64,000 nt of DNA, from positions 1 to 64,000 of the forward strand of contig CDRNVI010000090.1 in assembly GCA_977017575.1 (NCBI GenBank), read 5' to 3'. The position numbers were made by a program, and so were the translations under genes. The notes under the pieces were generated by a model that worked only from the letters and a program-made list of their open reading frames with translations, was not told the DNA's origin and did not search any database. This stretch comes from Paramoeba atlantica. Taxonomy: Eukaryota; Protista; Discosea. Position 1 is the stretch's first letter. Each line of letters opens with the position of its first letter. Below, in pieces: positions 1 to 10,201 of this stretch.

Positions 1-125
1 CCCCTCCTGGACCCGCCCCCTGGACCCCCCCCCCCTGGATCCCCCCCCCCCTGGACCCGCCCCCTGGACCCCCCCCCCTGGACCCCCCCCCCTGGACCCC
101 CCCATGGACCCCCCCATGGACCCCC
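1..125. repeat. Tandem (CCCCC)TGGACCC-type minisatellite inside copy A
   Basis: About 9 imperfect units. 2-3 units of the same motif occur at 1815-1855 in copy B. Confidence 0.85.
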
Positions 126-284
126 CATTTTTTTGATTTTTTTTTCATTTTTGGACCACCGGGGCCCCCTTTTATATTTTTTTCTTCTATTATATTACTG
201 TGTTCCTATTTATATTTTCACTGTTTTTGTTCAATTTTTTTTCGATAATCGAGGGTAGAGCGGTAGGTTTACAACCACCGCAAT
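1..284 (-). mobile_element. Unclassified TIR repeat family (ATTGCGG termini), copy A, cut by the window start
   Basis: Ends ...GAGGGTAGAGCGGTAGGTTTACAACCACCGCAAT at 284. About 130-284 is the reverse complement of 59931-60080 and matches 2860-2955. Confidence 0.85.
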
Positions 285-341
285 AAGGGTTTATATTCAC
301 TATTCAATGTGTGGTTTTCACGCCTCATTTTATATTGAAAT

Positions 342-1097
342 ATGCTGAATTACAACACAGAACAAACAAGTCCGTATTCGAAGTATAGACCTGGTAAATC
401 ATTCTCGATACTGCTTGAGGACGTGTTAGAATCGCGTATCGATACAGTAGCTCTGATTTCGGACGATGATTCTCCGATTTCTGGTCCTGATGAAGTTGAT
501 GCGCTGGCCGACGCCATGGAATCTAACTTTAGTGTTAGGAATATTATACTGTCGGGAAGTGTTGCAGGTGATTCTTCATTTATAAGGTTGTGTGAGCAAC
601 TTAAGCATCACCCTAGAATAAATTCGATAACTTTAAATAACAGTCCGATAGGGGATTCGACAGGAAAGGCCCTGCTGAAACTTGCCCGAATGAACAAAAG
701 AATAGTAAACGTGGAAACTGTAGATACCGACGTTTCAGAAGAACTTATGGATGAGATTGATGCCCAATGTGCATATAATGGAAGTACGATTTGCTGCCAG
801 GAAACGAGAATTACTAGAGAAATACCTTCACAAAAGGGGAGCCAACTCCGTCGAATATCGGTACATAAAAGTCCAAAGATTGCGCTCGGTCGTTTTTGGC
901 TTCCGCATCATAGTATTACTGGTACAAAGACGCTCTCTATAGAGAAACCGCGCCACGATCAGTCGGATAAGAAACGTAGACAAAAAATACGTAGATCCAA
1001 AAGCCATATCTGGCTTCGATGCGTAGCCTATATTGCTATTTGTTCGGTAGTAATAGCTTTATTTCGTGCCTTTGAAGAGGAGGAACGTCACGAATAG
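342..1097 (+). CDS. RNI-like leucine-rich-repeat protein with C-terminal transmembrane helix
   Basis: LRR-like segments (VRNIILSG, INSITLNNSPIGDSTGKALLKL) and a hydrophobic tail WLRCVAYIAICSVVIALF. Confidence 0.6.
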   Translation: MLNYNTEQTSPYSKYRPGKSFSILLEDVLESRIDTVALISDDDSPISGPDEVDALADAMESNFSVRNIILSGSVAGDSSFIRLCEQLKHHPRINSITLNNSPIGDSTGKALLKLARMNKRIVNVETVDTDVSEELMDEIDAQCAYNGSTICCQETRITREIPSQKGSQLRRISVHKSPKIALGRFWLPHHSITGTKTLSIEKPRHDQSDKKRRQKIRRSKSHIWLRCVAYIAICSVVIALFRAFEEEERHE

Positions 1098-1124
1098 TTG
1101 CGGTGATACTCAAAATCATAATTA

Positions 1125-1215
1125 CAGTGCCTGGTTTTATTACGGGACGCTTTAATTACGGGACGGGTATTTAAGGGACGATATGAGGGGCATCCCATTG
1201 GGATGGGACAAAAGA
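1125..1215. mobile_element. Possible orphan Tc1/pogo-type terminus
   Basis: TA|CAGTG start followed by three short (C/A)GGGACG repeats; no partner end found. Confidence 0.3.
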
Positions 1216-1295
1216 AGTACAAGTGTGGAGCTCAAGAGGTGCGCGCAAGTTATCAGGGACATAAAAATGTATATTTACATTTGTAATTTCTTTTT

Positions 1296-1908
1296 CAGTG
1301 GCTTCGTTAAACGCAGTGGTTGTTTTCAATTTAGAAGCCACTCATGCTGCGCGCTTCGAGTTGAAAACTACCTCCGCGTTTAAAGAACCCACAAAAAGAA
1401 AAATTGCCTAAAGATCGTGAATAATTTTTTTTTTGGGGGTGAAAGAGCTCGATTTTTAGGCGAAAATTAAGAAGTTTTCTCCAAAATTTGGGCCGCTTTT
1501 GATGCGTTACCAGTAGGGGTAGGAGGCGAATCTGTCGAAAAAAACGTCGTAGAATGGTAGATGACGTCCCAAACTCTCAAAATACGTTTTAGGAGTCGAT
1601 TTTGGAAAAATAATTTTTTTTTTTGACCAATTTTTTTCATCCCAAAAATTTCGGAAATTTTGACCTTGTCGGACCTCTCCTGCGCGTACCACGGGGGAGT
1701 CACCCCCAGGTGGGGCGGGGTGGAAAATAATCGCGGAGGCATACTCTACCACTTCCCCGCGCTCGATTTTGAAAAGCAAAAAATATAAAAAAAGAATCGC
1801 GGCGTATGCCCTCCCTCCTGGATCCCCCCCTGGACCCCCTGCTGGACCCCCCTTTTTTTTTTAGTTTTGGACCACTGGGCCCCCCTTTTATATTTTTTTC
1901 TTGTATTA
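1296..1908 (-). mobile_element. ATTGCGG-family copy B (truncated, inverted relative to copy C)
   Basis: Reverse complement aligns by eye along 2265-2843 and 60050-60595. Confidence 0.85.
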
Positions 1909-2237
1909 CTGTACCCCCTGTTTCTAATAGCCTCGACCCCCCCCCCCTTTATAGGTTCTTTTTTTGGCAAACCGAGGAAGATTCTTTCTTATTTTCTTGC
2001 ATCGTCTTAAATATTTTGATATTTTTACATGGTTCTTCGAGGTATGGCACGGGGTGGTGCTGGACATTTTAATTTGGCAGATCGCCGGGGCCCACTTAGC
2101 GAATGAATAATTTCTGGTTCCTCGCTCCCAAATGTAGGACGATTTTTGTGCCAATTTTTAATCGTCCATCGCCCTCCCCCCCTTTATAGGTTCATTTGGG
2201 CAAAAGCGAGGCTATTATAAACGGGGGGGGGGTACAG
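1909..2237. mobile_element. MITE, Tc1/mariner-like (TA TSD)
   Basis: TA|CTGTACCCCCTGTTTCTAATAGCCTCG ... CGAGGCTATTATAAACGGGGGGGGGGTACAG|TA. Confidence 0.8.
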
Positions 2238-2244
2238 TATAAAC

Positions 2245-2955
2245 ATTGCGGTGGTTGTATAACCACCCGGTGGTCCAAAAATGAAAAAATGAAAAAAAAA
2301 GGGGTGCCCATGTGGGGGGTCCAGGGGGGGGGACATACGTCGCGATTTTTTTTTTCGATTTTTTTGCGTTTCAAAATCGAGCGCAGGGAAGTGGTAGAGT
2401 AGGCCGCGGCGATAATTTCCCCCTCCCCCCCTGGGGGTACCCCCCCTGGTGCGCGCAGGAAGGATCCGACAAGGTCAAAATTTCCGGAATTTTTGGGGAA
2501 AATCTTGACCTAAGAAAAGTAAAAATAATATTTTTCCAAAATTGAGTACTAAAACGTATTTTGAGAGTTTTGGACCTCAGCTACCATTCTACAACGTTTT
2601 TTTCGGCAAATTCGCTTCCTACCCCTACTGGTAAGGCATCAAAAACGGTCCAAATTTGGGTTAAAATTTCGCAATTTTTGCCCAAAAAATCGCGCTTTTT
2701 CACCTAAAAAAATAGATTATTCATGATCTTTTGGCGATTTTTCTTTTTTAGGCTCTTCGTTAAACGCGGTAGTAGTTTTCAACGCGTAGCGCGCAGCATG
2801 AGTGACTTCTAAGTTGAAAACAACCACCGCGTTTAGCGAAGCCACTAAATTTATTGCTGTGTATTTATTGCTGTGCTGCTCTTTATATTTTAACTGTTTT
2901 TGTTCACTTTTTTCATTAATCGAGGGTAGAGCGGTAGTTATACAACCACCGCAAT
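2245..2955 (+). mobile_element. ATTGCGG-family copy C, both termini present
   Basis: Left ATTGCGGTGGTTGTATAAC; right GTTATACAACCACCGCAAT. The left TIR is internally deleted. Internal hairpin at about 2761-2835. Confidence 0.85.
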
Positions 2956-3046
2956 TTAGCAATAAACTTGGACAAATTTATTTTTAGTGAGGCACTCACC
3001 TGCAAATCATTAAAGGATTAGCACACCCTACGTATCTAGATTTCAT

Positions 3047-3832
3047 ATGAGTCGTAACGGGACGCTCTGTTTAAAACGCCTTATCATCCCGTACGGGTTA
3101 ATCGATAACTCCAGTGGTATTCGTCACGCCTTGGGGAGAGAAATCCCTGCCTTTAAACGACGATTTCCTCAAGTTGAAATTGATTTACGTCCGCGCGTTT
3201 GTCCAACGAAAGCCATCACGGGGGTCTACAGCGACGGGAGTCACTGCTGTGTGGACATTGCAAAGAAATCCGCCCAGGCCATCATGTCGGTGATCTTCCA
3301 GTTACTCCACACCGCAAACGACGAGATCCGGTATTTCAAACAGGACACCGTGCACTACGAGCGCAGGAGTGTCCAGGGGGGGTGGAACCCCTGGCTGTTC
3401 GCGGGGGAGACGCGCACGGAGCGGGTGCCCTCCCCCCGCTGGGACCGCACCCTCTCCCCCCGGGAGTGGGAGCACTACGTCGCGCGGTACTCCGCTTCGT
3501 GGGAGCGTGAGGCGAAGCAAATTGATGCGCTGGTGAAATCCGAGTCCAATTTGTATGGCGACCAAACGGAGAGGCTCCGTGCGAAATGGGCCGCGAATGT
3601 GAAGGGGCAGATGCCGTCGGATTTGCAGGACCACGCGGAGACGTTAAAGACGCGGGCGCGGCAGAAGAAGAGTAGTCGGCCGTCCACGCCTACGTTGGAG
3701 GAGTACATGATGTTCTCCGCCCCGGAGACACGGAAACTGGGTAGCGAGGCGCTGTGTATGTTACGGACAAAACAGACGGAGGAACTGGTGAAATGGTGGG
3801 AGGCACGGAGGAGGCAAACTACAGATCCGTAG
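3047..3832 (+). CDS. MRPL43: Mitochondrial ribosomal protein mL43 (L51/S25/CI-B8 domain)
   Basis: N-terminus MSRNGTLCLKRL...SSGIRHAL...FPQVEI...ITGVYSDGS fits the mL43 family, with a long kinetoplastid-type extension. Confidence 0.75.
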   Translation: MSRNGTLCLKRLIIPYGLIDNSSGIRHALGREIPAFKRRFPQVEIDLRPRVCPTKAITGVYSDGSHCCVDIAKKSAQAIMSVIFQLLHTANDEIRYFKQDTVHYERRSVQGGWNPWLFAGETRTERVPSPRWDRTLSPREWEHYVARYSASWEREAKQIDALVKSESNLYGDQTERLRAKWAANVKGQMPSDLQDHAETLKTRARQKKSSRPSTPTLEEYMMFSAPETRKLGSEALCMLRTKQTEELVKWWEARRRQTTDP

Positions 3833-4071
3833 TGTTGGTTATGTGGTGTAGGGAGGGGTATGCCATAAGTTGCCCCCTTTTGTGTATTCTACTTTTAGCC
3901 CTTTTCTCTATTTTGTTTGTGTGAGAGTTATTGTATTGGGGCTTTTGCGGTTATTTTGTGGTATCTGGTGGGGGTAAGAGACCCTTCGGTGGGCTATATA
4001 GATTTAATGGTTTTTAACCGAGTTTAATCCATTGTGTTTGTGTATCTATCTTAACTATTTTTTGTGTACTT

Positions 4072-5484
4072 ATGAAATTCCAACTGACTTGCATTCGAAG
4101 CTCTTCGGACACTTCATCTGAGTGCATTGAGATTAAATTTGATCCGAAGAAGGAATCTGAGTTATCACGTACCATTGGACGCAATGACTGTGATATTATT
4201 ATTGAATCGGGACCATTGCCGTGCTGTAGTAGACGGCATGCGGTGATCTATCTCAACATTGCTGAGCGTCAGGTGCGTTTGAAAGATTTAAACAGTTCTA
4301 ATGGTACCTTCGTCAATGGGGCACGTATTGAGGATGTGCAACTGGTGGATCGCGATGAGATTGTTTTCGGAGGGGGGCAGTCCATACGCCCCGGTGAACG
4401 AATGACAATGCAGCAGTACGGTCACCCACTCCTCAAGGTATGGCGCTTTGAGTCGTTGAATCCGGCTTCGGAGTTCGGAAAGAATAGAATAGCTGTAGAA
4501 AACTCCGAGCCTCCTGTAGGCAAGAGAAGCAGTCGTTCGAAGTCTGCAATGTTGCCTGACGGGTCGGAAGGCCTTCGCGAGTCTATGCTTCCCCCGTTCA
4601 CTCCACAATTTTCGCGACTCGAAACGGTGGGCTTATCAAGCCATCCGACCACGAATAGAGCAAAGTCTGGTCACGACTTTCAAGGAATAGAATCTTACCC
4701 CGGGGGGGAGCTGCTGCGTAATATTTTTGATGACATGCAACCTACTTGTGTGGAGAATGATTTTTTGCCCCGTGATCTAGAATCCAGGCCGACGAACATT
4801 TTAGGGCATAGAAAAGTCGGGTATTGCGTGGAAGGTGCAGGTCCCACATCACGTGTATGTGACAACGACGTTGATGACATACCTGACCCGCTATCTCCTT
4901 TTCATACGAGCTTCAAACCCCTTCCATCGCTGAAAAGTATTTTTGCTACCGAGAATTCTGTGAATAAAACAGAGGAAAAAGATCAGGACTTTCAAATATT
5001 GACCTCCTTGTCTCCATGTAACTTTAATACGAGCGTTTTTGATGAGATCATGACGAGAAATCCTGTACTTGTCCACATAGGCTTATTTAGGACCACGCAT
5101 TTGACCAAATTGCGGTTCGAGTCTCATTGTTGGCGATGGTCGCAGGAATCACCGAACGCATCAGAGAGCGACCAGTACGTCTCCTTGCGCCTAGAAGTTG
5201 AAAATATACTATCCTTGCATCACGTTGAGTTTTTAGATACGGGAGTTGCCTCCCAAAAATGTACACATTTCTTATTAGTAGTTCTTGCAGATGTGCCAGG
5301 GCGCATCGATCCTAGTGTTTTTCAACATAGCATTTATCCCACGAATGAGATCTGTAAGAAACTTTTATGTGGTAGTTATGATCAGCACAGTTCACACCCC
5401 ACCATTAGCTTTGGGTTCCGCAACAAGTGGGACATCACCCGACTACTTTCCGACATAAAGGCAAATTATTCTGCGCAAACATGA
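4072..5484 (+). CDS. FHA-domain protein
   Basis: TIGR...SRRHAVI...LKDLNSSNGTFVNG...L.D.DEIVFG. Confidence 0.9.
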   Translation: MKFQLTCIRSSSDTSSECIEIKFDPKKESELSRTIGRNDCDIIIESGPLPCCSRRHAVIYLNIAERQVRLKDLNSSNGTFVNGARIEDVQLVDRDEIVFGGGQSIRPGERMTMQQYGHPLLKVWRFESLNPASEFGKNRIAVENSEPPVGKRSSRSKSAMLPDGSEGLRESMLPPFTPQFSRLETVGLSSHPTTNRAKSGHDFQGIESYPGGELLRNIFDDMQPTCVENDFLPRDLESRPTNILGHRKVGYCVEGAGPTSRVCDNDVDDIPDPLSPFHTSFKPLPSLKSIFATENSVNKTEEKDQDFQILTSLSPCNFNTSVFDEIMTRNPVLVHIGLFRTTHLTKLRFESHCWRWSQESPNASESDQYVSLRLEVENILSLHHVEFLDTGVASQKCTHFLLVVLADVPGRIDPSVFQHSIYPTNEICKKLLCGSYDQHSSHPTISFGFRNKWDITRLLSDIKANYSAQT

Positions 5485-5786
5485 TGGATCTTCACAAAGA
5501 AAGAACTTAAATTATAAATGAAATAAGAAATCTTGCTTCACAGTTTGTAGATATCAAGCGAATTTTTCTATTCGTTTATCGGAATATTCATAGTGGCGAA
5601 ACGAAAAATTGCTTTTGCCCCAATAAATTAGATTGGACATTGTACAATAATCTCTACCCACGCTTATCAGCTAACCACGTAACCTTGTTTTATTTCTTAC
5701 CACAATGAAACGCTGACTCCTTTGTGATCGATGAACTGGTGTGGTTTTTGCTGATCGTGGTTACGGTGCTTAGTGCCCCTATCCGA

Positions 5787-8700
5787 ATGCTCACCCAAGA
5801 AGTATTATACGCCCACTGGGCCGTATGCGACGTTTTGGTGTCATCTGGTTACATCCTGGAGGGGGTACGTGTGTTACACGGCGTACTCAGCCAAATACAA
5901 ACCATCCGTGTGACAAATTCACAACAGGGAGACATAGAATACCACTGCTCGCGGCATGCGGAGTTCGAGACACGAGTGCGTATTGGATTTATTCTGTTGC
6001 GCTACACAACGAACTATGAAGATGTGAGGCGAATCCTACGCCCTCTCGAAACGTTACGACAGCAGAGATCCGATTGTGTGTTGCTTACACAACTTGATGA
6101 GCTCTCAGGACACGTTGCAGAGAGAAGAGGAAATCTTAAGTCCGCACATGAGCACTTTTCCCGTGCGTTGTCGCAAATGAACGAACGAAGAGAGCGCTGC
6201 GTCGCGTGCTCTAGTTCAGAAACCTATTACCGTGTTGCTCCTCAGCGACTTTATTTAGAGAAAATGCTTACCCAAACCGACCGTAGCGATCATTCGAGGC
6301 ATGCTGCTGGTAGTGAGCCTATCACAGGGTCCAAGCGGCCTGTTCAATCTGTCAGTTTTTTCGAAGTGCTTAAAAACATGAACCTTTCTCCTGATCAAGC
6401 CGAAAGCAGAGTGGATGGTAGGGATGTAGAGACACAGCCTCATGTCTCGCCACGTGAAGAAAGTTCACAACGACTTGTACACCTGTTAACCCATTGGATT
6501 TCCATTCTCCCCTCCACCGATGACCCTACCGTTCCGAGCGCAACCCCCCCACTCCATGTCTGGCCCATAGACCCGTTTCAAACCTCATCTTTACATCGCA
6601 TGCTCCTCCAAAACACCCCCCCACCCCACCCCCCACCCCAAAATTTCACCACCACCTCCATCCTCCTTTGCCTCCGTCTGTGGCTACGACACGCCTGGGG
6701 ATCCCATCCCACCACTGCTGCCGCATCCGCTCCTTTCCGGGACCACCTTTATCAATTTTTCTCCTCCTCCTCCTCTTCCTTTTCCTCCTCTCAACAACCA
6801 CAACAACCACAACCCCAACAACCCTCCCACGAGCTCTCCTCCTCCTCTCAACAGCAACAACCCCAACCCCAACAACCCTCCCATGAGCTCTCCTCCTCTA
6901 AACAACCACAACCCCAACCCCAACAACCCTCCTATGAGCTCTCCTCCTCCTCTCAACCACCACAACAACCCTCCCACGAGCTCTCCTCCTCCTCTCAACC
7001 ACCACAACAACCCTCCCACGAGCTCTCCTCCTCCTCTCAACCCCAACCCCAACAACCCTCCCACGAGCTCTCCTCCTCTAAACAACCACAACCCCAACCC
7101 CAACAACCCTCCCATGAGCTCTCCTCCTCCTCTCAACCACCCCAACAACCCTCCCATGAGCTCTCCTCCTCCTCTCAACCACCCCAACAACCCTCCCATG
7201 AGCTCTCCTCCTCCTCTCAACCACCACAACAACCCTCCCACGAGCTCTCCTCCTCCTCTCAACCACCACAACAACCCTCCCATGAGCTCTCCTCCTCCTC
7301 TCAACCCCAACCCCAACAACCCTCCCATGAGCTCTCCTCCTCCTCTCAACCACCACAACAACCCTCCCACGAGCTCTCCTCCTCCTCTCAACCACCACAA
7401 CAACCCTCCCATGAGCTCTCCTCCTCCTCTCAACCCCAACCCCAACAACCCTCCCATGAGCTCTCCTCCTCCTCTCAACCACCCCAACAACCCTCCCATG
7501 AGCTCTCCTCCTCTAAACAACCACCACAACAACCCTCCCATGAGCTCTCCTCCTCTAAACAACCACAACCCCAACCCCAACAACCCTCCCATGAGCTCTC
7601 CTCCTCTAAACAACCACCCCAACAACCCTCCCATGAGCTCTCCTCCTCTAAACAACCACCACAACAACCCTCCCATGAGCTCTCCTCCTCTAAACAACCA
7701 CAACCCCAACCCCAACAACCCTCCCATGAGCTCTCCTCCTCTAAACAACCACCACAACAACCCTCCCATGAGCTCTCCTCCTCTAAACAACCACAACCCC
7801 AACCCCAACAACTCTCCTATGAGCTCTCCTCCTCCTCTCAACCACCCCAACAACCCTCCCATGCGCTCCCCTCCTCTCAACCCCAACCCCCCCTCCCCCA
7901 CGACCTCCCCGCCCACCTCTCCGCCCTCCACGCCCGTCTCCGCCTCTACGCCGCCCTCCACGCCACCCACCGCCGCCCCCTCACCCCCACCCACGCCGCC
8001 CACCTCGCCCTCCTCCTCGCCGCCAAGTTCGTCCTCTCCGCCCACGCCCTCCTCCGCGACGTCGCCCGGCTGCGGCTCTGCCCCGCCGTCGCGGCCCTCT
8101 CCGCCCTCACCCGCCTCCTCGCGGCCTACCCCCGCGGGCGGCTCCGGGGGGACGCCCCCCACCGCGCGGGCCTCCACGGGATGGTCGCGGCGGTGGCGTG
8201 GGTGGTGGGGGAGAGGGGGGGGTGCGGGGCCCATCTCGGCAGGGCGGTGCGGGAGAGTAGCGGACGGGGCCAGGAGAGGGGGTACAGGGCCCTGCAGCGG
8301 TGGGTGAGGGGAGGGGAGGGGGAGGGGGGGGCAGAGGTTAGGATGAAGAGGTGGAAGGGGTTGCCGCTGGGGTGCCGTGTGGTGGAGGTGGTGAGGGGGG
8401 TGGAGAGTGGGGGGGTGGGATCGGGGAGGGGGGTGGTGGAGGTGTTGAGGGGGAGGGGGGGGGTTGTGCCGGGGAATGTGGCGGCGATGGTTCATCGTGT
8501 GCAGTCCTGGGTCTATGCGAGGGAGAAGAAGGAGGAGGAGGCGCGGAGGGAGAATGAGGCGGGGATGGTGGAGGCACTGCGGGTGGGGGATGATGTGCAG
8601 TTGCTGTGCAGTTGTGCTCATTTTGTGATGCGAGATATGGCCGCGGGGGATGCGATCTCTCGAGCGCAAATACTGCAGTGGTACAGTACGTTACGGGGTG

Positions 8701-8837
8701 AGTACTCGAGGCAAGTTGCCAGACTCACGCAGGAGACGTCGGACGCGTCGACGGATTCCTCACTTGGGGAGGATACGTCGGGGAGCGGGTGTCGGGAAAG
8801 TGAGGAGTGGAAGCGTCTGCTCTTGTTTGATGTTTAG
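5787..8837 (+). CDS. Large hypothetical protein with internal Q/P/S tandem-repeat block
   Basis: Open frame of about 1016 aa from the first ATG (track start 5724 is GTG). Helical N-terminal part, then about 24 QPPQQPSHELSSS(S/K) repeats. Confidence 0.75.
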   Translation: MLTQEVLYAHWAVCDVLVSSGYILEGVRVLHGVLSQIQTIRVTNSQQGDIEYHCSRHAEFETRVRIGFILLRYTTNYEDVRRILRPLETLRQQRSDCVLLTQLDELSGHVAERRGNLKSAHEHFSRALSQMNERRERCVACSSSETYYRVAPQRLYLEKMLTQTDRSDHSRHAAGSEPITGSKRPVQSVSFFEVLKNMNLSPDQAESRVDGRDVETQPHVSPREESSQRLVHLLTHWISILPSTDDPTVPSATPPLHVWPIDPFQTSSLHRMLLQNTPPPHPPPQNFTTTSILLCLRLWLRHAWGSHPTTAAASAPFRDHLYQFFSSSSSSFSSSQQPQQPQPQQPSHELSSSSQQQQPQPQQPSHELSSSKQPQPQPQQPSYELSSSSQPPQQPSHELSSSSQPPQQPSHELSSSSQPQPQQPSHELSSSKQPQPQPQQPSHELSSSSQPPQQPSHELSSSSQPPQQPSHELSSSSQPPQQPSHELSSSSQPPQQPSHELSSSSQPQPQQPSHELSSSSQPPQQPSHELSSSSQPPQQPSHELSSSSQPQPQQPSHELSSSSQPPQQPSHELSSSKQPPQQPSHELSSSKQPQPQPQQPSHELSSSKQPPQQPSHELSSSKQPPQQPSHELSSSKQPQPQPQQPSHELSSSKQPPQQPSHELSSSKQPQPQPQQLSYELSSSSQPPQQPSHALPSSQPQPPLPHDLPAHLSALHARLRLYAALHATHRRPLTPTHAAHLALLLAAKFVLSAHALLRDVARLRLCPAVAALSALTRLLAAYPRGRLRGDAPHRAGLHGMVAAVAWVVGERGGCGAHLGRAVRESSGRGQERGYRALQRWVRGGEGEGGAEVRMKRWKGLPLGCRVVEVVRGVESGGVGSGRGVVEVLRGRGGVVPGNVAAMVHRVQSWVYAREKKEEEARRENEAGMVEALRVGDDVQLLCSCAHFVMRDMAAGDAISRAQILQWYSTLRGEYSRQVARLTQETSDASTDSSLGEDTSGSGCRESEEWKRLLLFDV
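6790..7880 (+). repeat. Coding minisatellite, 42/45/51-nt units, about 24 copies
   Basis: Unit CAACCACCACAACAACCCTCCCATGAGCTCTCCTCCTCCTCT and length variants; almost no G on the + strand. Confidence 0.95.
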
Positions 8838-9178
8838 TCCAAAGGTGGATAAGCTTGGGTAGGTAACGTACCTAGGTAGTGTATCTGAGTGAGCAAGGTT
8901 GTGTAGTAGTACGTAAGAGGTGAGATACAGCCTTCTCTAGTTCGTATACATGATTTGCGTATGGCGTGTAAATAAAAACCTTCCCGTGTTAGTTGTAGTC
9001 TATTTGTAATAGTCTATTTGTCGTTTTAAGATGGCTTTTGGTTTCATCAATTTTTGGATTAAGAACTGCATAAACAAAGGTTGAATTCGTAATTTTAGTT
9101 TGCTTCAGAATTATACTCCTTTTTTCTGCTACAATACAGCTCCCTTTATTGCATCACCGGACGTAAAGCTCCTCTCCC

Positions 9179-9658
9179 ATGCGGCGCACCCGACCCTCGG
9201 TGTCCTTTCACCCCTCGAGCATCAATTTACTCATGAAACGGTCCAAACCTCTGCTGGCGGCGGACATGGACTCCTACGAGCGCATGTACGCGTGCTACAA
9301 CGACTTGCCTTTCACCTGGTTACACAAAGCCCCCTATGAAGCAGTCCAGTGGGATGACCGCCGGGTGTACGAGTTAGGCCTCGTTCGGTGGAACTACGGA
9401 ACCTCCAAACTCGTGTGGATCATGATGAATTTCATGTGGTTTCTCGTCGTCGTGCTATTTGTGGATTTGAACTACATTGTGCTCTATTTGCCGATATTTA
9501 ACCGTCTGCCGGAGCACCTCGACAGTACGTACGGCAAGGAGTGGTCCAAGAAGGTATACGGCGCTGAGGTATGGGCCGCGGATGGGAAATTTCTTAGACC
9601 GTTCTTTCATCTCACCCCGCCGATGTACACGATGACGGTGGAGGAAATGGATGGCTAA
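9179..9658 (+). CDS. COXVIII: Kinetoplastid cytochrome c oxidase subunit VIII-like
   Basis: MRRTRPSVSFH...PLLAADMDSYER and C-terminal VWAADGKFLRPFFHLTPPMYTMT resemble trypanosomatid COX VIII as recalled; one TM segment. Confidence 0.7.
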   Translation: MRRTRPSVSFHPSSINLLMKRSKPLLAADMDSYERMYACYNDLPFTWLHKAPYEAVQWDDRRVYELGLVRWNYGTSKLVWIMMNFMWFLVVVLFVDLNYIVLYLPIFNRLPEHLDSTYGKEWSKKVYGAEVWAADGKFLRPFFHLTPPMYTMTVEEMDG

Positions 9659-10201
9659 GTGGAGGGGAGAAATAGGGTGAATGCAAAAGTGAACCCAGGT
9701 TGGTAATTGTGTGCAAAGGAATACGGTTTGAAGAAGATTATGTGTCATTGTTCATGAAACAAAAAATAAATGGATCGGAAACTATGTGTGTACATATTGG
9801 TTTATTAAGAAAAACGATAAACAGGCTACAGTTCCTGATTTTTATTGGAGATTTGTTGGCTTGGGATTTAAAACACAAATTGATGGCTAATTGTATCTAG
9901 ACCCGTGCTAATTTATTCGATATGTCAATACGTCTTGTTTATTGAATTTACACTTACCGCACCTTTTTGTTATGAAGGGTTGAATAATTCTTTAGGCATG
10001 GAAGGTCGACCAATGAAAGGAACCACATTTAGAAATATTTGCCATTGAACTATGTTAAAAACTATTTAGATCTGTTCGACGTTGTCAATACATTTTACTC
10101 AGTAGTACTGAAATGGCTATGAATTTTTTTATTTACTTTTAGTGGGTTATAAAGTGAAAAAGGGAATTTCTGTCTTTTTTATCTTTATTTTTCATACAAA
10201 A

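Noticed and set aside
1-125. Telomeric repeat at the window start
   Set aside because: The motif is not (CCCTAA)n, and the same unit occurs internally in other copies of the TIR family.
6790-7880. CRISPR-like regular array
   Set aside because: Units are contiguous near-identical copies without unique spacers, in frame within a CDS, with no cas genes, in a eukaryotic context.
6684-8669. Long overlapping ORFs (661 aa minus, 474 aa plus, 134 aa minus) over the minisatellite
   Set aside because: By-products of a G-free repeat and extreme skew, which suppress stop codons; the products are low-complexity mirror translations.
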